DNA of 64,000 nt, from assembly GCA_028716965.1 (NCBI GenBank), contig JAQUOV010000009.1, forward strand, positions 22,043 through 86,042. The letters run 5' to 3'. A model generated the notes under the pieces. The model was not told the origin of the DNA. It did not search any database and saw nothing but the letters and a program-made list of their open reading frames with translations. Source of the stretch: Candidatus Omnitrophota bacterium (GTDB lineage: Bacteria > Omnitrophota > Gorgyraeia > Gygaellales > Profunditerraquicolaceae). Both the position numbers and the translations under genes were made by a program. Positions 26,295 to 37,455 of this stretch are shown piece by piece. How positions within the stretch are numbered: the first letter of the stretch is position 1; each line of letters begins with the position of its first letter.

Positions 26295-27729
26295 TAGTTA
26301 TTTTTACATCAGGAGGCTTATCTCCTGGAAAACGGACCTCCGCCGGGATAATGAGCTTGGGGGTTATAGTTGCTGTTTCTGTTATTGACCTTAATTCAAC
26401 AGGCTCTGTTGCAATGAAGATTCTTTTTAAATCTACCGTATCGGGGACCTTAACCAATACCTCCTGAGGTTCAACCTTTATCTCCTTAATATTGACTCCG
26501 GAAGGCGCGCGGCCATTCGTCTTTATCTGTACGGGGACACTGGCGGATATCATCTTATATAATTTGATCGGAATCTCCTTCGGCTCTATATTGACCAGAG
26601 AAAGCCCGGCGGGCTTGCGTACCATATCCTTATCCAGATAATATTTCCCTTCCCCTTCTTCAATCTTTGACATATCCATGGATAGCTTAAGCTCTTTAGG
26701 GTCAAGAAGGCTGAAAGCCCGTTCCGAACCGCTCAGGGTAATGGTTACATCCTTAGGTTTCGTCTCGCTGATTATCCTGTCCTGGGCAAGATTACGGTAT
26801 TCGACCGGGATGACAAAGTCGCGGCGGATCGTTTCCGTGCGGTGCCCAAATGCCAGCCATAGAGCAGAGACCAGAATGACAGCAATAATCTTTTCCGGGA
26901 AATGCCCTTTTAAAAAATTCATCGAGAGCACTTTATGTTTTGCAGGAAATTTCTCTCTATAGAACTTCTCTAAAATATTACGCACTTTTCCGATATCCTC
27001 TAATTGCGTTATCTTGCCATCTTCTGCTACCGAAATCGTACCCCGTTCCTCTGAAATAACAATACAGAGCGCGTCTGTGCGCTCGGCAAGGCCTAATGCG
27101 GCGGCATGACGCGTACCTAAATGCCCAACCTCTTCTATATTTGTAGAAAGAGGCAGGTGGCAGCCAAACATGGCAAGCCGCGTTCCCTCAATAATAACCG
27201 CTCCATCATGACTTGGGCTGTTGGGTTCAAAGATACTCTCGATCAGCATCTGGCTCAGCAGTGCATCTGAACGTATCCCCGTTACAAGATAACGGTCCAA
27301 TGGGTCCTGTCCCTGCACGACAATTAAAGCGCCGATTTTCTTACGCGAAAGGTTGGCCAGTCCGCTGGTTAACATAGCAATTCCATGGTCTTGTGAAGAA
27401 ACTGACGGGCTGCGTCGCGCTATTCCCCAAATAGCTATCCGCTCAAAAAAATGGCGGAAATCATCCTGGAAGATAACTACAATCATAATAAGAAAAATGG
27501 CAAAGAACGCCTGAAACACCATAGTAGTCAGATAGAGGCCGAAAAAACGCGCTAAAATATAAATAAAACCCAATATAATCATCCCCATCATGATAAAGCG
27601 CACTCGCGCTTTCTCAAGCCAGACCAGGATTATATAAACAAAGATGGATATAATGCTTATATCGATAAAATCGACAAATCTGAATGTCTGGAAGAATTCC
27701 GCAATCTTTTCAAGTATTTTAGCAACCAT
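26275..27729 (-). CDS. cdaA: Diadenylate cyclase CdaA fused to a YbbR/CdaR-like domain
   Basis: N-terminal 3 TM helices, then a DAC domain (DGAVII, GTRHAAALG). This is followed by a TM segment and a C-terminal region of about 220 aa with YbbR-like beta repeats. Confidence 0.8.
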   Translation of the reverse strand: MVAKILEKIAEFFQTFRFVDFIDISIISIFVYIILVWLEKARVRFIMMGMIILGFIYILARFFGLYLTTMVFQAFFAIFLIMIVVIFQDDFRHFFERIAIWGIARRSPSVSSQDHGIAMLTSGLANLSRKKIGALIVVQGQDPLDRYLVTGIRSDALLSQMLIESIFEPNSPSHDGAVIIEGTRLAMFGCHLPLSTNIEEVGHLGTRHAAALGLAERTDALCIVISEERGTISVAEDGKITQLEDIGKVRNILEKFYREKFPAKHKVLSMNFLKGHFPEKIIAVILVSALWLAFGHRTETIRRDFVIPVEYRNLAQDRIISETKPKDVTITLSGSERAFSLLDPKELKLSMDMSKIEEGEGKYYLDKDMVRKPAGLSLVNIEPKEIPIKLYKMISASVPVQIKTNGRAPSGVNIKEIKVEPQEVLVKVPDTVDLKRIFIATEPVELRSITETATITPKLIIPAEVRFPGDKPPDVKITIEVEKI

Positions 27730-27780
27730 GGCTTTTAATTAACCCATTCCTTTCCGTTTTAACTAAATTCTCTGGTTCGG

Positions 27781-28594
27781 GGTTTTATCATATCACATTA
27801 AAAACTATATCATTCTCAACTCCCGCTGCAAAAATGGAAACAACGCCTCCGCTTGCGCTTGCTTTAATGGCATTACTCAATAAATTTACCAGAATACGCA
27901 AAAGCAACGAATAATCGGTATAGAAATCTTTCGGCAGCAGCTGCAAGTGCTATTCCAGCGCAATCTTCTGATTATTCGCGTATACAGAGACCATTTCCAG
28001 TGACGAAGCGATTGCCGTATCTATATCCGTATTTTTTATCCCCAACGGCATTCTTTTGGATTCCAGGCAAGACAGATCAAGAATCGAATTAATAAGCACC
28101 TGCCCTCTTTGCGCCGCGATCTTGCAAATAGTTGCCATCTCTTTCTGCGTTTTGTCCAAAGAAGTAAAATCTTCCAGATTGTTAACGACTGATGAAATCG
28201 CGCTCATCGGGACGCGTAAGTCATGAATTATAAAATTTATAAAATCTTCACGCGTCTCCTGGGAACTGCGGATCTTGAATATGAATAACGCGAATATTGT
28301 AAAAACTATAAACCTGATACTGCCGTTCCAAATAAAAATATATGCGGAAGAATAAAAATGCCCCGAAAAGATATTTATAAAAGCCCAGGCGAAGATGCTT
28401 ATTAAAGACGCAAAAATCCCCAAAGATAAACTGCCATACCAGGCCATTATCCCTATCGGCAGGAGATAGAATATAAAAAATTGAAGCTCAATACCGGTTA
28501 TATAATCCAGAAACCCGATTATACATATCAATACTAAAGCCAGTATAAAATAATATTTATGAATTATTGCTTTCAAGGCACGGTCTATTTTCAT
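27781..28594 (-). pseudogene. Histidine-kinase remnant: DUF4118-like membrane domain plus HisKA, an in-frame TAG at 27950-27952, and the HATPase N-box only
   Basis: FLDYITGIELQFFIFYLLPIGIMAWYG (KdpD-type DUF4118) and H-box HDLRVPMSAI. After the TAG the frame continues HLQLLPKDFYTDYSLLLRILVNLLSNAIKASASGGVVSIFAAGVENDIVFNVI then TGA TAA. The G1 and G2 boxes are absent. Confidence 0.6.
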
Positions 28595-28659
28595 TTCATT
28601 TAGCCTGCTTCACGGAACCAGTCTCCTTCAGGCATGAAACGAGTAAAAACTTAAATTAT

Positions 28660-28688
28660 ATTATAGAGCTTAATGCAGCAATTGGCAA
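28660..28688 (-). promoter_or_regulatory. Near-consensus sigma70 promoter TTGCCA-17-TATAAT upstream of the histidine-kinase remnant
   Basis: Read on the minus strand: TTGCCA (28683-28688), 17-nt spacer, TATAAT (28660-28665). Confidence 0.5.
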
Positions 28689-28690
28689 GA

Positions 28691-28717
28691 AAATTCGGGT
28701 TTCCGAATGGCTTTTTT
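28691..28717 (-). terminator. Hairpin (AUUCGG/CCGAAU) with flanking U/A runs directly after the pyruvate kinase stop
   Basis: aaattcgggtttccgaatggcttttttt. T/A runs on both sides could allow termination in both directions. Confidence 0.45.
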
Positions 28718-29764
28718 TCAAAAAAGGATTTTATTTCCTGGAGGAACGTTTATATCTACGGCGTGGGCTTCGGTAAATTTAATGATCTGGTTCATCATAT
28801 TTACCGATTCAACCGGATGTTTCCCTATTGCGGTTTCTGCGGAAAGCATAAGGTAATCAGACCCATCAAGAAGGGCGTTGGCAACATCAGTAACCTCTGC
28901 GCGCGTGGGCCTTAAGTTTTCGGTCATACTCTCAAGCATTTGAGTGGCGGTGATCACGATTTTCTTCATCCGCTTGCATTTCTTAATAATCATCTTCTGG
29001 ATTACGGCTATTTCATAAATAGGCATGGAAACCCCCATATCGCCGCGCGCTACCATAATCCCGTCAGAAACTGCCATAATCTGGTCAATATTGCTTAAAC
29101 CTTCCCTGTTCTCGATCTTGGCAATTATCTTGCAAGCGGTGTGCCTGTCTTTAAGTTCATCCCTTAAAGCCAGGATGTCATTCTTGCTCCTTACAAATGA
29201 CTGCGCGATATAATCTGTTTTATTTTTCACGCTAAAATCTATATCCTTTTTATCCTTGTCGGTCAAACCGCCAAACTTAAGATTAATGCCGGGTATATTT
29301 ATACCCTTATAGCTCTTTAATACGCCAGGGACTACAACCTCCGCATGAAGGCGATGCCTGGACCCTGCCTTAACCGTAAGCGCGATATTCCCGTCGTCAA
29401 CATATATACAAGAACCACTCTTTATATCGCTTAAAGGCCCCTCATAATCAAAAGGTATTATGTTTTCTTCTCCGAAAGATGCCTCATTGCTTAAAAAGAT
29501 CCTTTGTCTTTTTCTTAAAAGAATTTCTTTCTCAAGCTTTCCTATCCTTATACGGTATCCCTCCAAATCACCTAGTATCGCCAAATGTCTTGAATATTTT
29601 TTGTTCAAGGCCCTTATGAGACGGATAACCTGCGCATGTCTGGCGCAAGTCCCATGAGAGAAATTAAGGCGCACTACATCCATACCCGCCAGCATCATTT
29701 TTCTTAAAACAGAATAACTGCCGCTGGCAGGCCCTATAGTACAGATTATCTTTGTCTTAACCAT
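28718..29764 (-). CDS. pyk: Pyruvate kinase, short form lacking the C-terminal regulatory domain
   Basis: Motifs [52 protein letters not shown] and [12 protein letters not shown]. It is only 348 aa, with no PK_C domain. Confidence 0.8.
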   Translation of the reverse strand: MVKTKIICTIGPASGSYSVLRKMMLAGMDVVRLNFSHGTCARHAQVIRLIRALNKKYSRHLAILGDLEGYRIRIGKLEKEILLRKRQRIFLSNEASFGEENIIPFDYEGPLSDIKSGSCIYVDDGNIALTVKAGSRHRLHAEVVVPGVLKSYKGINIPGINLKFGGLTDKDKKDIDFSVKNKTDYIAQSFVRSKNDILALRDELKDRHTACKIIAKIENREGLSNIDQIMAVSDGIMVARGDMGVSMPIYEIAVIQKMIIKKCKRMKKIVITATQMLESMTENLRPTRAEVTDVANALLDGSDYLMLSAETAIGKHPVESVNMMNQIIKFTEAHAVDINVPPGNKILF

Positions 29765-29834
29765 ATTATTTTATTTCCTGTTAATTCGGATAGCTGGATC
29801 TTAGAATAAAAATTGTCCATAAAAACACCTTTGA

Positions 29835-32111
29835 TTAAAGTTTTAGCTTGCGCAGCCTTAATGAATTAGCGATAACGGAAACCGAGCTGAAACTCATTGC
29901 CGCACCGGCAACCACGGGGCTTAACAGTAAACCAAAAAACGGATAGAGTATCCCGGCCGCAACAGGCAAGCCCAGCAGATTATAAATAAAAGCAAAAAAG
30001 AGGTTCTGCCTGATATTTTTCATGACATGCCGGCTCAAACGTAAAACTCTGACAATTCCGTTTAAATCGCCCTTAACCAGAGTTATTCCCGCGCTCTCGA
30101 TCGCCACGTCCGTTCCAGTGCCCATAGCAACACCTACTTCAGCTTCTGTTAAAGCAGGCGCGTCGTTAATACCATCTCCTGCCATCATCACAACAGCCCC
30201 GTCATTCTTGAAATTCTTAACTATCTGCCGTTTGTTTTCCGGTTTTAACTCCGCCTGAAAATCATCAAGGCCTAATTTCTCGGCAATCACCCCGGCTGTC
30301 AAACGATTATCCCCGGTTAACATAACAATTTTTAACCCCATTGCATGGAGAGCCTTAATCGCTCCGGGCGTTGTCTCCTTAATAGGGTCTGAAATCCCAA
30401 TGATCCCGGATACCCTGCCTTCAAACGCCAACCAGATGACAGTATTAGCTTTACCTTGCAGGTCAACTGCCTGTTCCTTCAAGCCTTCGGGGATATTTAT
30501 TTTTAACTCTTGAATAAACTTCTCTTTGCCTGCGGCAATAATTTTTCCGTCAATATTGCCTTTAACCCCTTCTCCGGTTACCGATGTAAAATCAGCAACG
30601 CGCTCAAGTTGCAGGTTATGTTCTTTTGCAAAATCAACAATGGCGCGGCCCAACGGATGTTCGCTGGATTGTTCAAGCGAAGCAGCCATGCTCAAAAACT
30701 GCCCCTTGTCCTGTCCCAAAGCTTCAATGGCGGCTGTTACCCGGGGTTTGCCTTCAGTCAAAGTCCCCGTCTTATCCGTCAGGATATGAGTAACCTTCTC
30801 GGCATTCTCGATCGCATCGGCATTCTTTATTAATACGCCTGCCCGTGCCCCCCTGCCGACGCCAACCATAACAGCCATAGGAGTAGCCAATCCAAGCGCG
30901 CAAGGACAAGCGATAATTAAGACGGCAATCGCATTTACAAAAGCATATGCCATTCTCGGAGCAGGACCCCAATTAAACCAAATAATAAAAGTAATAGCCG
31001 ATACCGTAATTACTGAAGGGACAAAATAACCGGATACCCGGTCGGCTATCTTCTGAATGGGCGCGCGGCTGCGTTGGGCTTCCGTAACCATATTCACAAT
31101 CTGCGACAATAAAGTTTCTGAGCCGACCTTCTCCGCGCGCATTAAAAATGTACCGGTTTGATTGACGGTTGAGCCGACAACCTTATCACCGGGTTTTTTT
31201 GCAACAGGTACGGCTTCTCCGGTAATCATGGATTCATCAACATAACTTTTCCCCTCTATCATAACGCCATCCAACGGGATCTTCTCCCCCGGGCGAACCC
31301 TTAAAAGATCACCTATGCGCAAAGAATCTATTAAAACATCTTCTTCTTTGCCATAACTTACACGATGGGCATTTTTTGCCGCCAGGCCTGCTAAAGCCCT
31401 GATCGCCTGCCCGGTACGGCTATGCGCCCTTGCCTCTAATAACTGTCCGAAAATAACCAGCATAGTAATGAAAACCGAGGATTCAAAATACAGGGGGATC
31501 TTTCCGGACATTTTTAATGACTCCGGAAAAACCTGCGGCAATAAGACTGCCAAAACGCTATAGCCATAAGCTGCCCCTACCCCCAGGGCAATCAAAGTAA
31601 ACATATTTAAGTTTTTATTTATTATAGACTGCCGGGCCCGGGCGAAGAGAAAACCACCTGACCAAAAAACTACCACTGTGGCTAAAATTAACTGGAGCCA
31701 GGAAGAAATTGAATACGGGATAAAATGGCTTGGATTTATTGCCGGGAACATCTCCCCGAAGCTAAACAAGATAACCGGAGATGCAAAAACCAACCCTATC
31801 CAGAACCTAATGGACAAGAAATGCAGGATTTTATCCCCTTCTTCTCCGGATTCCGGGCCAACCGGCTCAAGAGGCATGCCGCATTTTGGGCAATCTTTAG
31901 GCTTATTCTCCCTGACCTCCGGATGCATCGGGCAGGTATAAATAGTCTTACCTTCAAAGACCGTTGCCTTCTCAACCGAAGGCTGCTTCAGGAATTTTTG
32001 TCTGCAATTTTCACTGCAAAAATAATAGGTAAGGCCGCCCCGCGTAAGATTGATGGAGTTCGCTTTCTTAATTTCCATCCCGCAGATCGGATCTTTTACT
32101 TTCTCCGGCAT
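29835..32111 (-). CDS. copA: Cu(I)/Ag(I)-translocating P1B-type ATPase with N-terminal TRASH/YHS and heavy-metal-binding (CPMHPE…CPKCGM) domains
   Basis: Motifs CPC ([11 protein letters not shown]), [15 protein letters not shown] and TGE. The N-terminus has the two Cys-rich metal-binding modules. Confidence 0.85.
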   Translation of the reverse strand: MPEKVKDPICGMEIKKANSINLTRGGLTYYFCSENCRQKFLKQPSVEKATVFEGKTIYTCPMHPEVRENKPKDCPKCGMPLEPVGPESGEEGDKILHFLSIRFWIGLVFASPVILFSFGEMFPAINPSHFIPYSISSWLQLILATVVVFWSGGFLFARARQSIINKNLNMFTLIALGVGAAYGYSVLAVLLPQVFPESLKMSGKIPLYFESSVFITMLVIFGQLLEARAHSRTGQAIRALAGLAAKNAHRVSYGKEEDVLIDSLRIGDLLRVRPGEKIPLDGVMIEGKSYVDESMITGEAVPVAKKPGDKVVGSTVNQTGTFLMRAEKVGSETLLSQIVNMVTEAQRSRAPIQKIADRVSGYFVPSVITVSAITFIIWFNWGPAPRMAYAFVNAIAVLIIACPCALGLATPMAVMVGVGRGARAGVLIKNADAIENAEKVTHILTDKTGTLTEGKPRVTAAIEALGQDKGQFLSMAASLEQSSEHPLGRAIVDFAKEHNLQLERVADFTSVTGEGVKGNIDGKIIAAGKEKFIQELKINIPEGLKEQAVDLQGKANTVIWLAFEGRVSGIIGISDPIKETTPGAIKALHAMGLKIVMLTGDNRLTAGVIAEKLGLDDFQAELKPENKRQIVKNFKNDGAVVMMAGDGINDAPALTEAEVGVAMGTGTDVAIESAGITLVKGDLNGIVRVLRLSRHVMKNIRQNLFFAFIYNLLGLPVAAGILYPFFGLLLSPVVAGAAMSFSSVSVIANSLRLRKLKL

Positions 32112-32196
32112 AGCGAAAATCCCCTATAGTTTATCTGACGAATATATTGAATATATTATATAACAAAACAGGTGTTTTAACAGCAGTGGTTTAAAG

Positions 32197-33588
32197 TTAT
32201 TCTATAGGGATTACTGGTTGGCCTTGCGCGCCGGCAATAGGGAGTATGTGAGAAGAAAGCCATTTACGCTTAAAATAACGGTTGCTCATCAGGAGCGCCT
32301 GGAAGACAAGCGAAATATTCATTGCCCACCAAACACCTGAAGCACCCAATCCAAATGTAACTGCAAGCAGGAAACTTATAGGCAGGCGCACCAGCCAAAC
32401 GCTCAAAACCACAATCAACATCACCCCCCGGGTATCCCCTGCTCCGTTTAAGGCCCCTGCAAGGATAACCCCCCAGGCCATCACCGGCTCAGAGAGCAGG
32501 GCGATATGGATATAACGCACGCATTCTCTAATCACGATTTCATTCGGCGAAAGTAGAGAAGATATAAAATGAGCATTCGCCATTACCAGAACAGTCAAAA
32601 AGAAAACAATGATCACGCCGAATACAGCGGTAACTATGCCAATCAGGAAGGCATCCCTTTTCCTTTTCTTCCCCAGTAAATTCCCCACTACCACCGCCCC
32701 TGCCAGATTAAAGGCAAAAGCGGGAAGAAAAATTGCGGATTCTATTTTTAAGCCGTTGGTAAAAGCAGCCATAATCTCTATATTGTGCTGTGGCAGGGCG
32801 GCCAGGATCAAAAAAAGCACTATCGCTCCCAGCTGCCAAAGTATCTGCATCAGGCCTGCCGGCCAGCCTATGCGGACCATCGCCCTGACTAACAGTGGAG
32901 AAAACATGAATAACCCGGTAATCTTCCGGCGCATAAAGAATAAATTCATTATGCAGCCTATAAAAGAGCTGAATACGGTTGCTACGGCAATCCCCCGGAA
33001 TCCAAGCGGCGTATGAAAAGCAAGGTAAAAATTAAGCACAGCGTTTAACACGCAGACACTTGCCATAGTGACAAGCGAATTACGGATCATGCCGCTGGCG
33101 CGCAGGATACCGTTTGAACTGATCAGAAAATATGAAAAAACAAGGCCGGCGGAATATATACGCAGAAGCGATACGGCATATCCTTTAAGCACATCCGGCA
33201 CTGCCAATGCCTGGATAATACTACGTGAAAATAAGAGCCCTATTATCGTCAAAACGATCCCCGCTACCAGGGAAACAGCGATAGAAGAATCAACCGCGGC
33301 AGTATAATCTTCTTTTCTCTCTGAAGTATAGAGCCTTGAAACCAGTGAGACGGAACCGACAGTCAAGGCGAAAACGATTATGCTCAGGATAAAATAAATC
33401 TGGGAGGCCAGGCCGTATGAAGCCTGGATCTCCTTGCCGATCCTTCCGGCGACATAAACATCTGCTAAGCCGATTAAAAACAGGAAAAACATGATCAAGG
33501 TCATCGGCCAGCTCGTTGACCAGCTCTGGCGGAATAATGAACGCGTTCTTTCCTCCTTAATCTTTCTTACAATATCATCAATAAGCAT
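32197..33588 (-). CDS. MATE-family efflux transporter
   Basis: 463 aa with 12 TM helices and an internal-repeat organisation typical of MATE/NorM proteins. Confidence 0.75.
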   Translation of the reverse strand: MLIDDIVRKIKEERTRSLFRQSWSTSWPMTLIMFFLFLIGLADVYVAGRIGKEIQASYGLASQIYFILSIIVFALTVGSVSLVSRLYTSERKEDYTAAVDSSIAVSLVAGIVLTIIGLLFSRSIIQALAVPDVLKGYAVSLLRIYSAGLVFSYFLISSNGILRASGMIRNSLVTMASVCVLNAVLNFYLAFHTPLGFRGIAVATVFSSFIGCIMNLFFMRRKITGLFMFSPLLVRAMVRIGWPAGLMQILWQLGAIVLFLILAALPQHNIEIMAAFTNGLKIESAIFLPAFAFNLAGAVVVGNLLGKKRKRDAFLIGIVTAVFGVIIVFFLTVLVMANAHFISSLLSPNEIVIRECVRYIHIALLSEPVMAWGVILAGALNGAGDTRGVMLIVVLSVWLVRLPISFLLAVTFGLGASGVWWAMNISLVFQALLMSNRYFKRKWLSSHILPIAGAQGQPVIPIE

Positions 33589-33650
33589 TTTGGCTTTTAA
33601 ATGGAGCAGTATATTTTTACCAACTCAAAATAAAATATTTATAGGTGGGT

Positions 33651-33679
33651 ATTATAAGGCTGGATATAACGATTATCAA
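33651..33679 (-). promoter_or_regulatory. Sigma70-like promoter TTGATA-17-TATAAT upstream of the MATE gene
   Basis: On the minus strand, -35 at 33674-33679 and -10 at 33651-33656. Confidence 0.4.
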
Positions 33680-33711
33680 GTAAATTCGGGGTTTATCCTG
33701 GGCTAATGCCG

Positions 33712-34146
33712 CTAAGATATCTCTTTCAGCCAGGACTCGATTTTTTGATTGATCTGTTCCTTTACTACCCGCGTCTTCTCTAACTTCTCTTCCCATGTTC
33801 CCTGGAATCTTGCCGGGTCATCAAAACTCCAGTGTATCCTTCGGGTAGCAGATGTCCCCGGGAAAACAGGGCATTTCTGCGCCTGGGATTCATCGCAAAC
33901 CGTAATCACAAAATCATACCTTTTCCCCTCTCTGTAAAAATCAAACACGCTCTTGGTCTTGTTGGCTGATATGTCAATACCGATTTCGCGCATAACCTCA
34001 ACTGCTAACGGGTTCAATTCGCCCGGTTCAAGCCCTGCGCTTTCCACCTCAAAATTCTCTCCGCCGTCGCGTTTCAATAGAGCCTCGGCCATCTGCGACC
34101 TGGCCGAATTATGCACACAAACAAACAAAACCTTTTTTTTATCCAT
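33712..34146 (-). CDS. LMW-PTP-fold arsenate reductase (thioredoxin-coupled ArsC type) or low-molecular-weight phosphatase
   Basis: CX5R P-loop (CVHNSAR) plus the downstream Cys pair [10 protein letters not shown], reminiscent of Bacillus-type ArsC. It is the last gene of the pst-phoU operon. Confidence 0.65.
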   Translation of the reverse strand: MDKKKVLFVCVHNSARSQMAEALLKRDGGENFEVESAGLEPGELNPLAVEVMREIGIDISANKTKSVFDFYREGKRYDFVITVCDESQAQKCPVFPGTSATRRIHWSFDDPARFQGTWEEKLEKTRVVKEQINQKIESWLKEIS

Positions 34147-34168
34147 AACGACGATCCCCCGATAAAGA

Positions 34169-34837
34169 CTATTGTAACTTTTCCGGATGATGCTTGACTA
34201 CCTCGGCGTTAACCATATAAATGACATCTTCGGCGATATTAGTGGCGTGGTCGCAGATACGCTCAAGGTGACGGGCGATCAGAAGAAGCGGCACTGCGCG
34301 CGCAGCCGAAGAAGGGTCTTTGCCCATATATTCTTCAATCAGCTCCTTCTGGACTAAATTGCGCAGTTTATCTGCCTGGTTGTCATGTAAAATTACGCTG
34401 CCGGCTAACTCCGCATCTTTATTCACAAAAGCGTCTAATGCGTCTTTTGTCATTTGCTGGGCAAGGTTGGTCAACTTCGGGATATCAATGAGCGGCTTAA
34501 GCAACGGTTTACCCGCCAGGTCATTTACGCGCTGGGCGATATCTACCGCCAGGTCCGCTATTCTTTCCAGGTCGGTTGAGATCTTCATGGACATGGTGAT
34601 AAAACGCAAGTCTATTGCCATCGGCTGCCTGAGGGCCAATAAATCAAGGCACCTTTCATCAATGGCATTTTCCATTTCGTCAATGGCCCGGTCCTCTTTG
34701 ATCACTTTGCCTGCCATCTCTATATTTAACTCCTTCAGCGATTCAACTGATTCAAAGATCGCCCCCTCCACCAAAGTGCCCATCTTAAGCAACTGCTTCT
34801 TTAAATCTTCCAACTCCTGGTCTAAATGTCTTTCCAT
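34169..34837 (-). CDS. phoU: Phosphate transport system regulator PhoU
   Basis: 222 aa, two PhoU repeats, adjacent to pstB. Confidence 0.85.
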   Translation of the reverse strand: MERHLDQELEDLKKQLLKMGTLVEGAIFESVESLKELNIEMAGKVIKEDRAIDEMENAIDERCLDLLALRQPMAIDLRFITMSMKISTDLERIADLAVDIAQRVNDLAGKPLLKPLIDIPKLTNLAQQMTKDALDAFVNKDAELAGSVILHDNQADKLRNLVQKELIEEYMGKDPSSAARAVPLLLIARHLERICDHATNIAEDVIYMVNAEVVKHHPEKLQ

Positions 34838-34864
34838 ATCAAACCTTCTTTCTTTTTGTATTTT

Positions 34865-35626
34865 TTATCCGAACCTTCCGGTGATATAGGCCTCGGTCTT
34901 GGGATCATTAGGCTTGGTAAAAATATCCTGGGTTTTACCAAACTCAATAAGTTCCCCCATTAAGAAAAATGCCGTATAATCTGAAACCCTTGCCGCCTGC
35001 TGCATATTATGCGTAACGATTACAATGGTATATTCTTTTTTCAACTCCGTAATCAGTTCCTCTATTTTTGCGGTGGATATAGGGTCTAGACTGGCGCACG
35101 GCTCATCAAACAGGATGACTTCAGATTCCACTGCCAGGCTCCTGGCAATACACAATCTTTGCTGCTGCCCTCCGGACAGCCTTAAGGCGCTGTCATGCAG
35201 CCTGTCCTTTACCTCCGGCCACAACGCCGCTTTCTTTAATGACCATTCTACCTTTTCTTCAATAAATAATCTATCCTTAATTCCGTTTACTTTAAGGCCA
35301 TAGCTGATATTGTCAAAGATGCTCTTTGGAAAAGGGTTGGGTTTCTGAAAAACCATCCCTACCTGCCTTCTGATCTCAACGGCATCAACAGAAGGGCCAA
35401 AGATATCCATGCCGTCCATGTATATACCGCCGAGAAGGGAGGTATTAGGCACCAACTCATTCATGCGGTTTAATAACCTTATGAATGTAGATTTACCGCA
35501 CCCCGATGGCCCGATGATTGCCGTAACATGGTTCTTATAAATATTAAGATTTATGTCTTTTAACGCATGGGTCTTGCCGTAAAAAAAATTTACCTCGTCG
35601 GCATACATCTTTATGCTGTTATCCAT
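34865..35626 (-). CDS. pstB: Phosphate ABC transporter ATP-binding protein PstB
   Basis: [34 protein letters not shown]. Confidence 0.9.
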   Translation of the reverse strand: MDNSIKMYADEVNFFYGKTHALKDINLNIYKNHVTAIIGPSGCGKSTFIRLLNRMNELVPNTSLLGGIYMDGMDIFGPSVDAVEIRRQVGMVFQKPNPFPKSIFDNISYGLKVNGIKDRLFIEEKVEWSLKKAALWPEVKDRLHDSALRLSGGQQQRLCIARSLAVESEVILFDEPCASLDPISTAKIEELITELKKEYTIVIVTHNMQQAARVSDYTAFFLMGELIEFGKTQDIFTKPNDPKTEAYITGRFG

Positions 35627-36467
35627 GATAACTCCTCTGTCTTTGACGGATGAATATAGCTATAGCTGAAATCAACAAAACCAAGAAAAGAAGGATCAGG
35701 CTGCATCCATAGGCAATTGCCTTTTGTTTAACCGGATGCGCTCCTTCAGTCATCAAGGCGTATATATGATAAGGCAGCGCCATAACCTCGCTGAAAATAC
35801 TATTGGGGTAGCCGCGCTTATAAAAAGCGGCGGCGGTAAAAAGTATCGGTGCGGTTTCGCCTGCCACCCTGCCGACGCTTAATATGACGCCCGTAAGTAT
35901 GCCCGGTAGCGCCGTAGGCAAAACTATCCTTTTGATCGTCTGCCATTTACTTGCCCCAAGGGAAAGCGATGCCTCGCGTATTGAGTGCGGCACAGCCACC
36001 AGGGCCTCCTGTGAAGCTGAAATAATCAAAGGAAGCGCAAGTATCCCGAGGGTAAGGCTTCCTGAAAGTATGGATACCCCAAAACCGAATAATTTTACGA
36101 ATACCGATAAACCAAACAGGCCGAAAACAACCGATGGCACTCCGGCAAGGTTATTAATGCTGATACGGATTATATTGACTACGAAACTTTTAGGCGAGTA
36201 TTCGCACAGGTATATGGCACAGGCAAGCCCCAACGGAACGGCAAAAAGCATTGAGCCTAAAGTCAAATAAAACGTTCCGACGATAACAGGAGCAACCCCT
36301 CCTTCGGTCATGGCGTTGCGTGGAGCCTGGGTGAGAAACTCCCAGGAGATCACCTGGATCCCCCTGGAGAAAATGAAATAAATGATTGTCCCCAGGAAGA
36401 AGAGGGTGGTCAGTATGCATAAGAACAACGATGAAAACCCTATATTTTGAAGGACCTTCCCTTTCAT
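35619..36467 (-). CDS. pstA: Phosphate ABC transporter permease PstA
   Basis: Six-TM permease with an EAA-type loop. Placement in the operon. Confidence 0.85.
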   Translation of the reverse strand: MKGKVLQNIGFSSLFLCILTTLFFLGTIIYFIFSRGIQVISWEFLTQAPRNAMTEGGVAPVIVGTFYLTLGSMLFAVPLGLACAIYLCEYSPKSFVVNIIRISINNLAGVPSVVFGLFGLSVFVKLFGFGVSILSGSLTLGILALPLIISASQEALVAVPHSIREASLSLGASKWQTIKRIVLPTALPGILTGVILSVGRVAGETAPILFTAAAFYKRGYPNSIFSEVMALPYHIYALMTEGAHPVKQKAIAYGCSLILLFLVLLISAIAIFIRQRQRSYHG

Positions 36468-37339
36468 CCGCTTAACCCCAGTTTTATCCTGAACTTGCGT
36501 GATATAACCTCGGCGATGATGTTAAATACAAAGGTGATCAAAAACAGTATCAAGGCTATCGCAAAAAGCGCATGGTAATGGCTGCTGCCCATGGGGGCCT
36601 CTCCCATCTCTGCGGCAATGGCGGCGGTCATTGGGCGCACCGGCTCTAAAAAAGTATGCGGGATGACTGCCGAGCCGCCGGCAACCATAAGCACCGTCAT
36701 CGTCTCACCTATCGCCCGGCTCATTCCTAAAATCACCGCAGTAGATATTCCCGAACCTGCTGCCGGTATTATTACCTGCGTCAACGTCTGCCATCTGTTT
36801 GCTCCTACGGCAAAAGAAGCCTCCCTGAAGGAATGCGGCACATAACTTAGGGCATCCTCCGCTATACTGCAAACAGTAGGCGTAGCCATTAAACCCAGGA
36901 TAAAGCTTGCATTTAAAGCAGTCAGGCCGGTGGGAAGATGGAATATCTTCTGAATAAATGGCGTAAGCACCACCATACCGAAGAACCCATAAACAACCGA
37001 AGGGATGCTGGCTAAGAGCTCAATAAGTGGCTTCAGGAGCCTTCTCTGCCTGAAACTTGCCAGTTCATTCAGATAAAGCGCGCTGCCTACGCCCAAAGGA
37101 ACACAAACAATTACCGCCCCTAAAGTAACCCAGGCCGAAGCCAGGATCAAAGGCAGTATCCCAAATTCCGGAGGGCTATAAGTAGGATACCAGAACTTGC
37201 CTAATACAAAATCGCCGATACTTATTTTTGAGAATATAGGAAGGCTTTCCTTAAAAAGGACAAAGACTATACCGACCAGAAATACCAACGAAGAAAAAGC
37301 CAATATAGTAAATATCCACTTATATATTTTTTCTTTCAT
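36464..37339 (-). CDS. pstC: Phosphate ABC transporter permease PstC
   Basis: Six-TM permease. Placement in the operon. Confidence 0.85.
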   Translation of the reverse strand: MKEKIYKWIFTILAFSSLVFLVGIVFVLFKESLPIFSKISIGDFVLGKFWYPTYSPPEFGILPLILASAWVTLGAVIVCVPLGVGSALYLNELASFRQRRLLKPLIELLASIPSVVYGFFGMVVLTPFIQKIFHLPTGLTALNASFILGLMATPTVCSIAEDALSYVPHSFREASFAVGANRWQTLTQVIIPAAGSGISTAVILGMSRAIGETMTVLMVAGGSAVIPHTFLEPVRPMTAAIAAEMGEAPMGSSHYHALFAIALILFLITFVFNIIAEVISRKFRIKLGLSG

Positions 37340-37455
37340 ATTGCTCTGATAAATTATTTATATAGTAGCTAACCCCCTTCTCGTTATCGGCCAAAATTAT
37401 CTTTGATAATTTCATCCTACTCGAAGGGGTTTCGCTAAGTCAAAACTTAAGGTGC

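Noticed and set aside
24668-27952. Hypothesis that TAG is a sense codon (stop-codon reassignment) explaining the two interrupted genes
   Set aside because: TAG terminates at least five otherwise full-length, well-conserved genes in this window (both receiver genes, otsB, otsA and the ArsP-like permease) at their expected C-termini, so global reassignment is unlikely.
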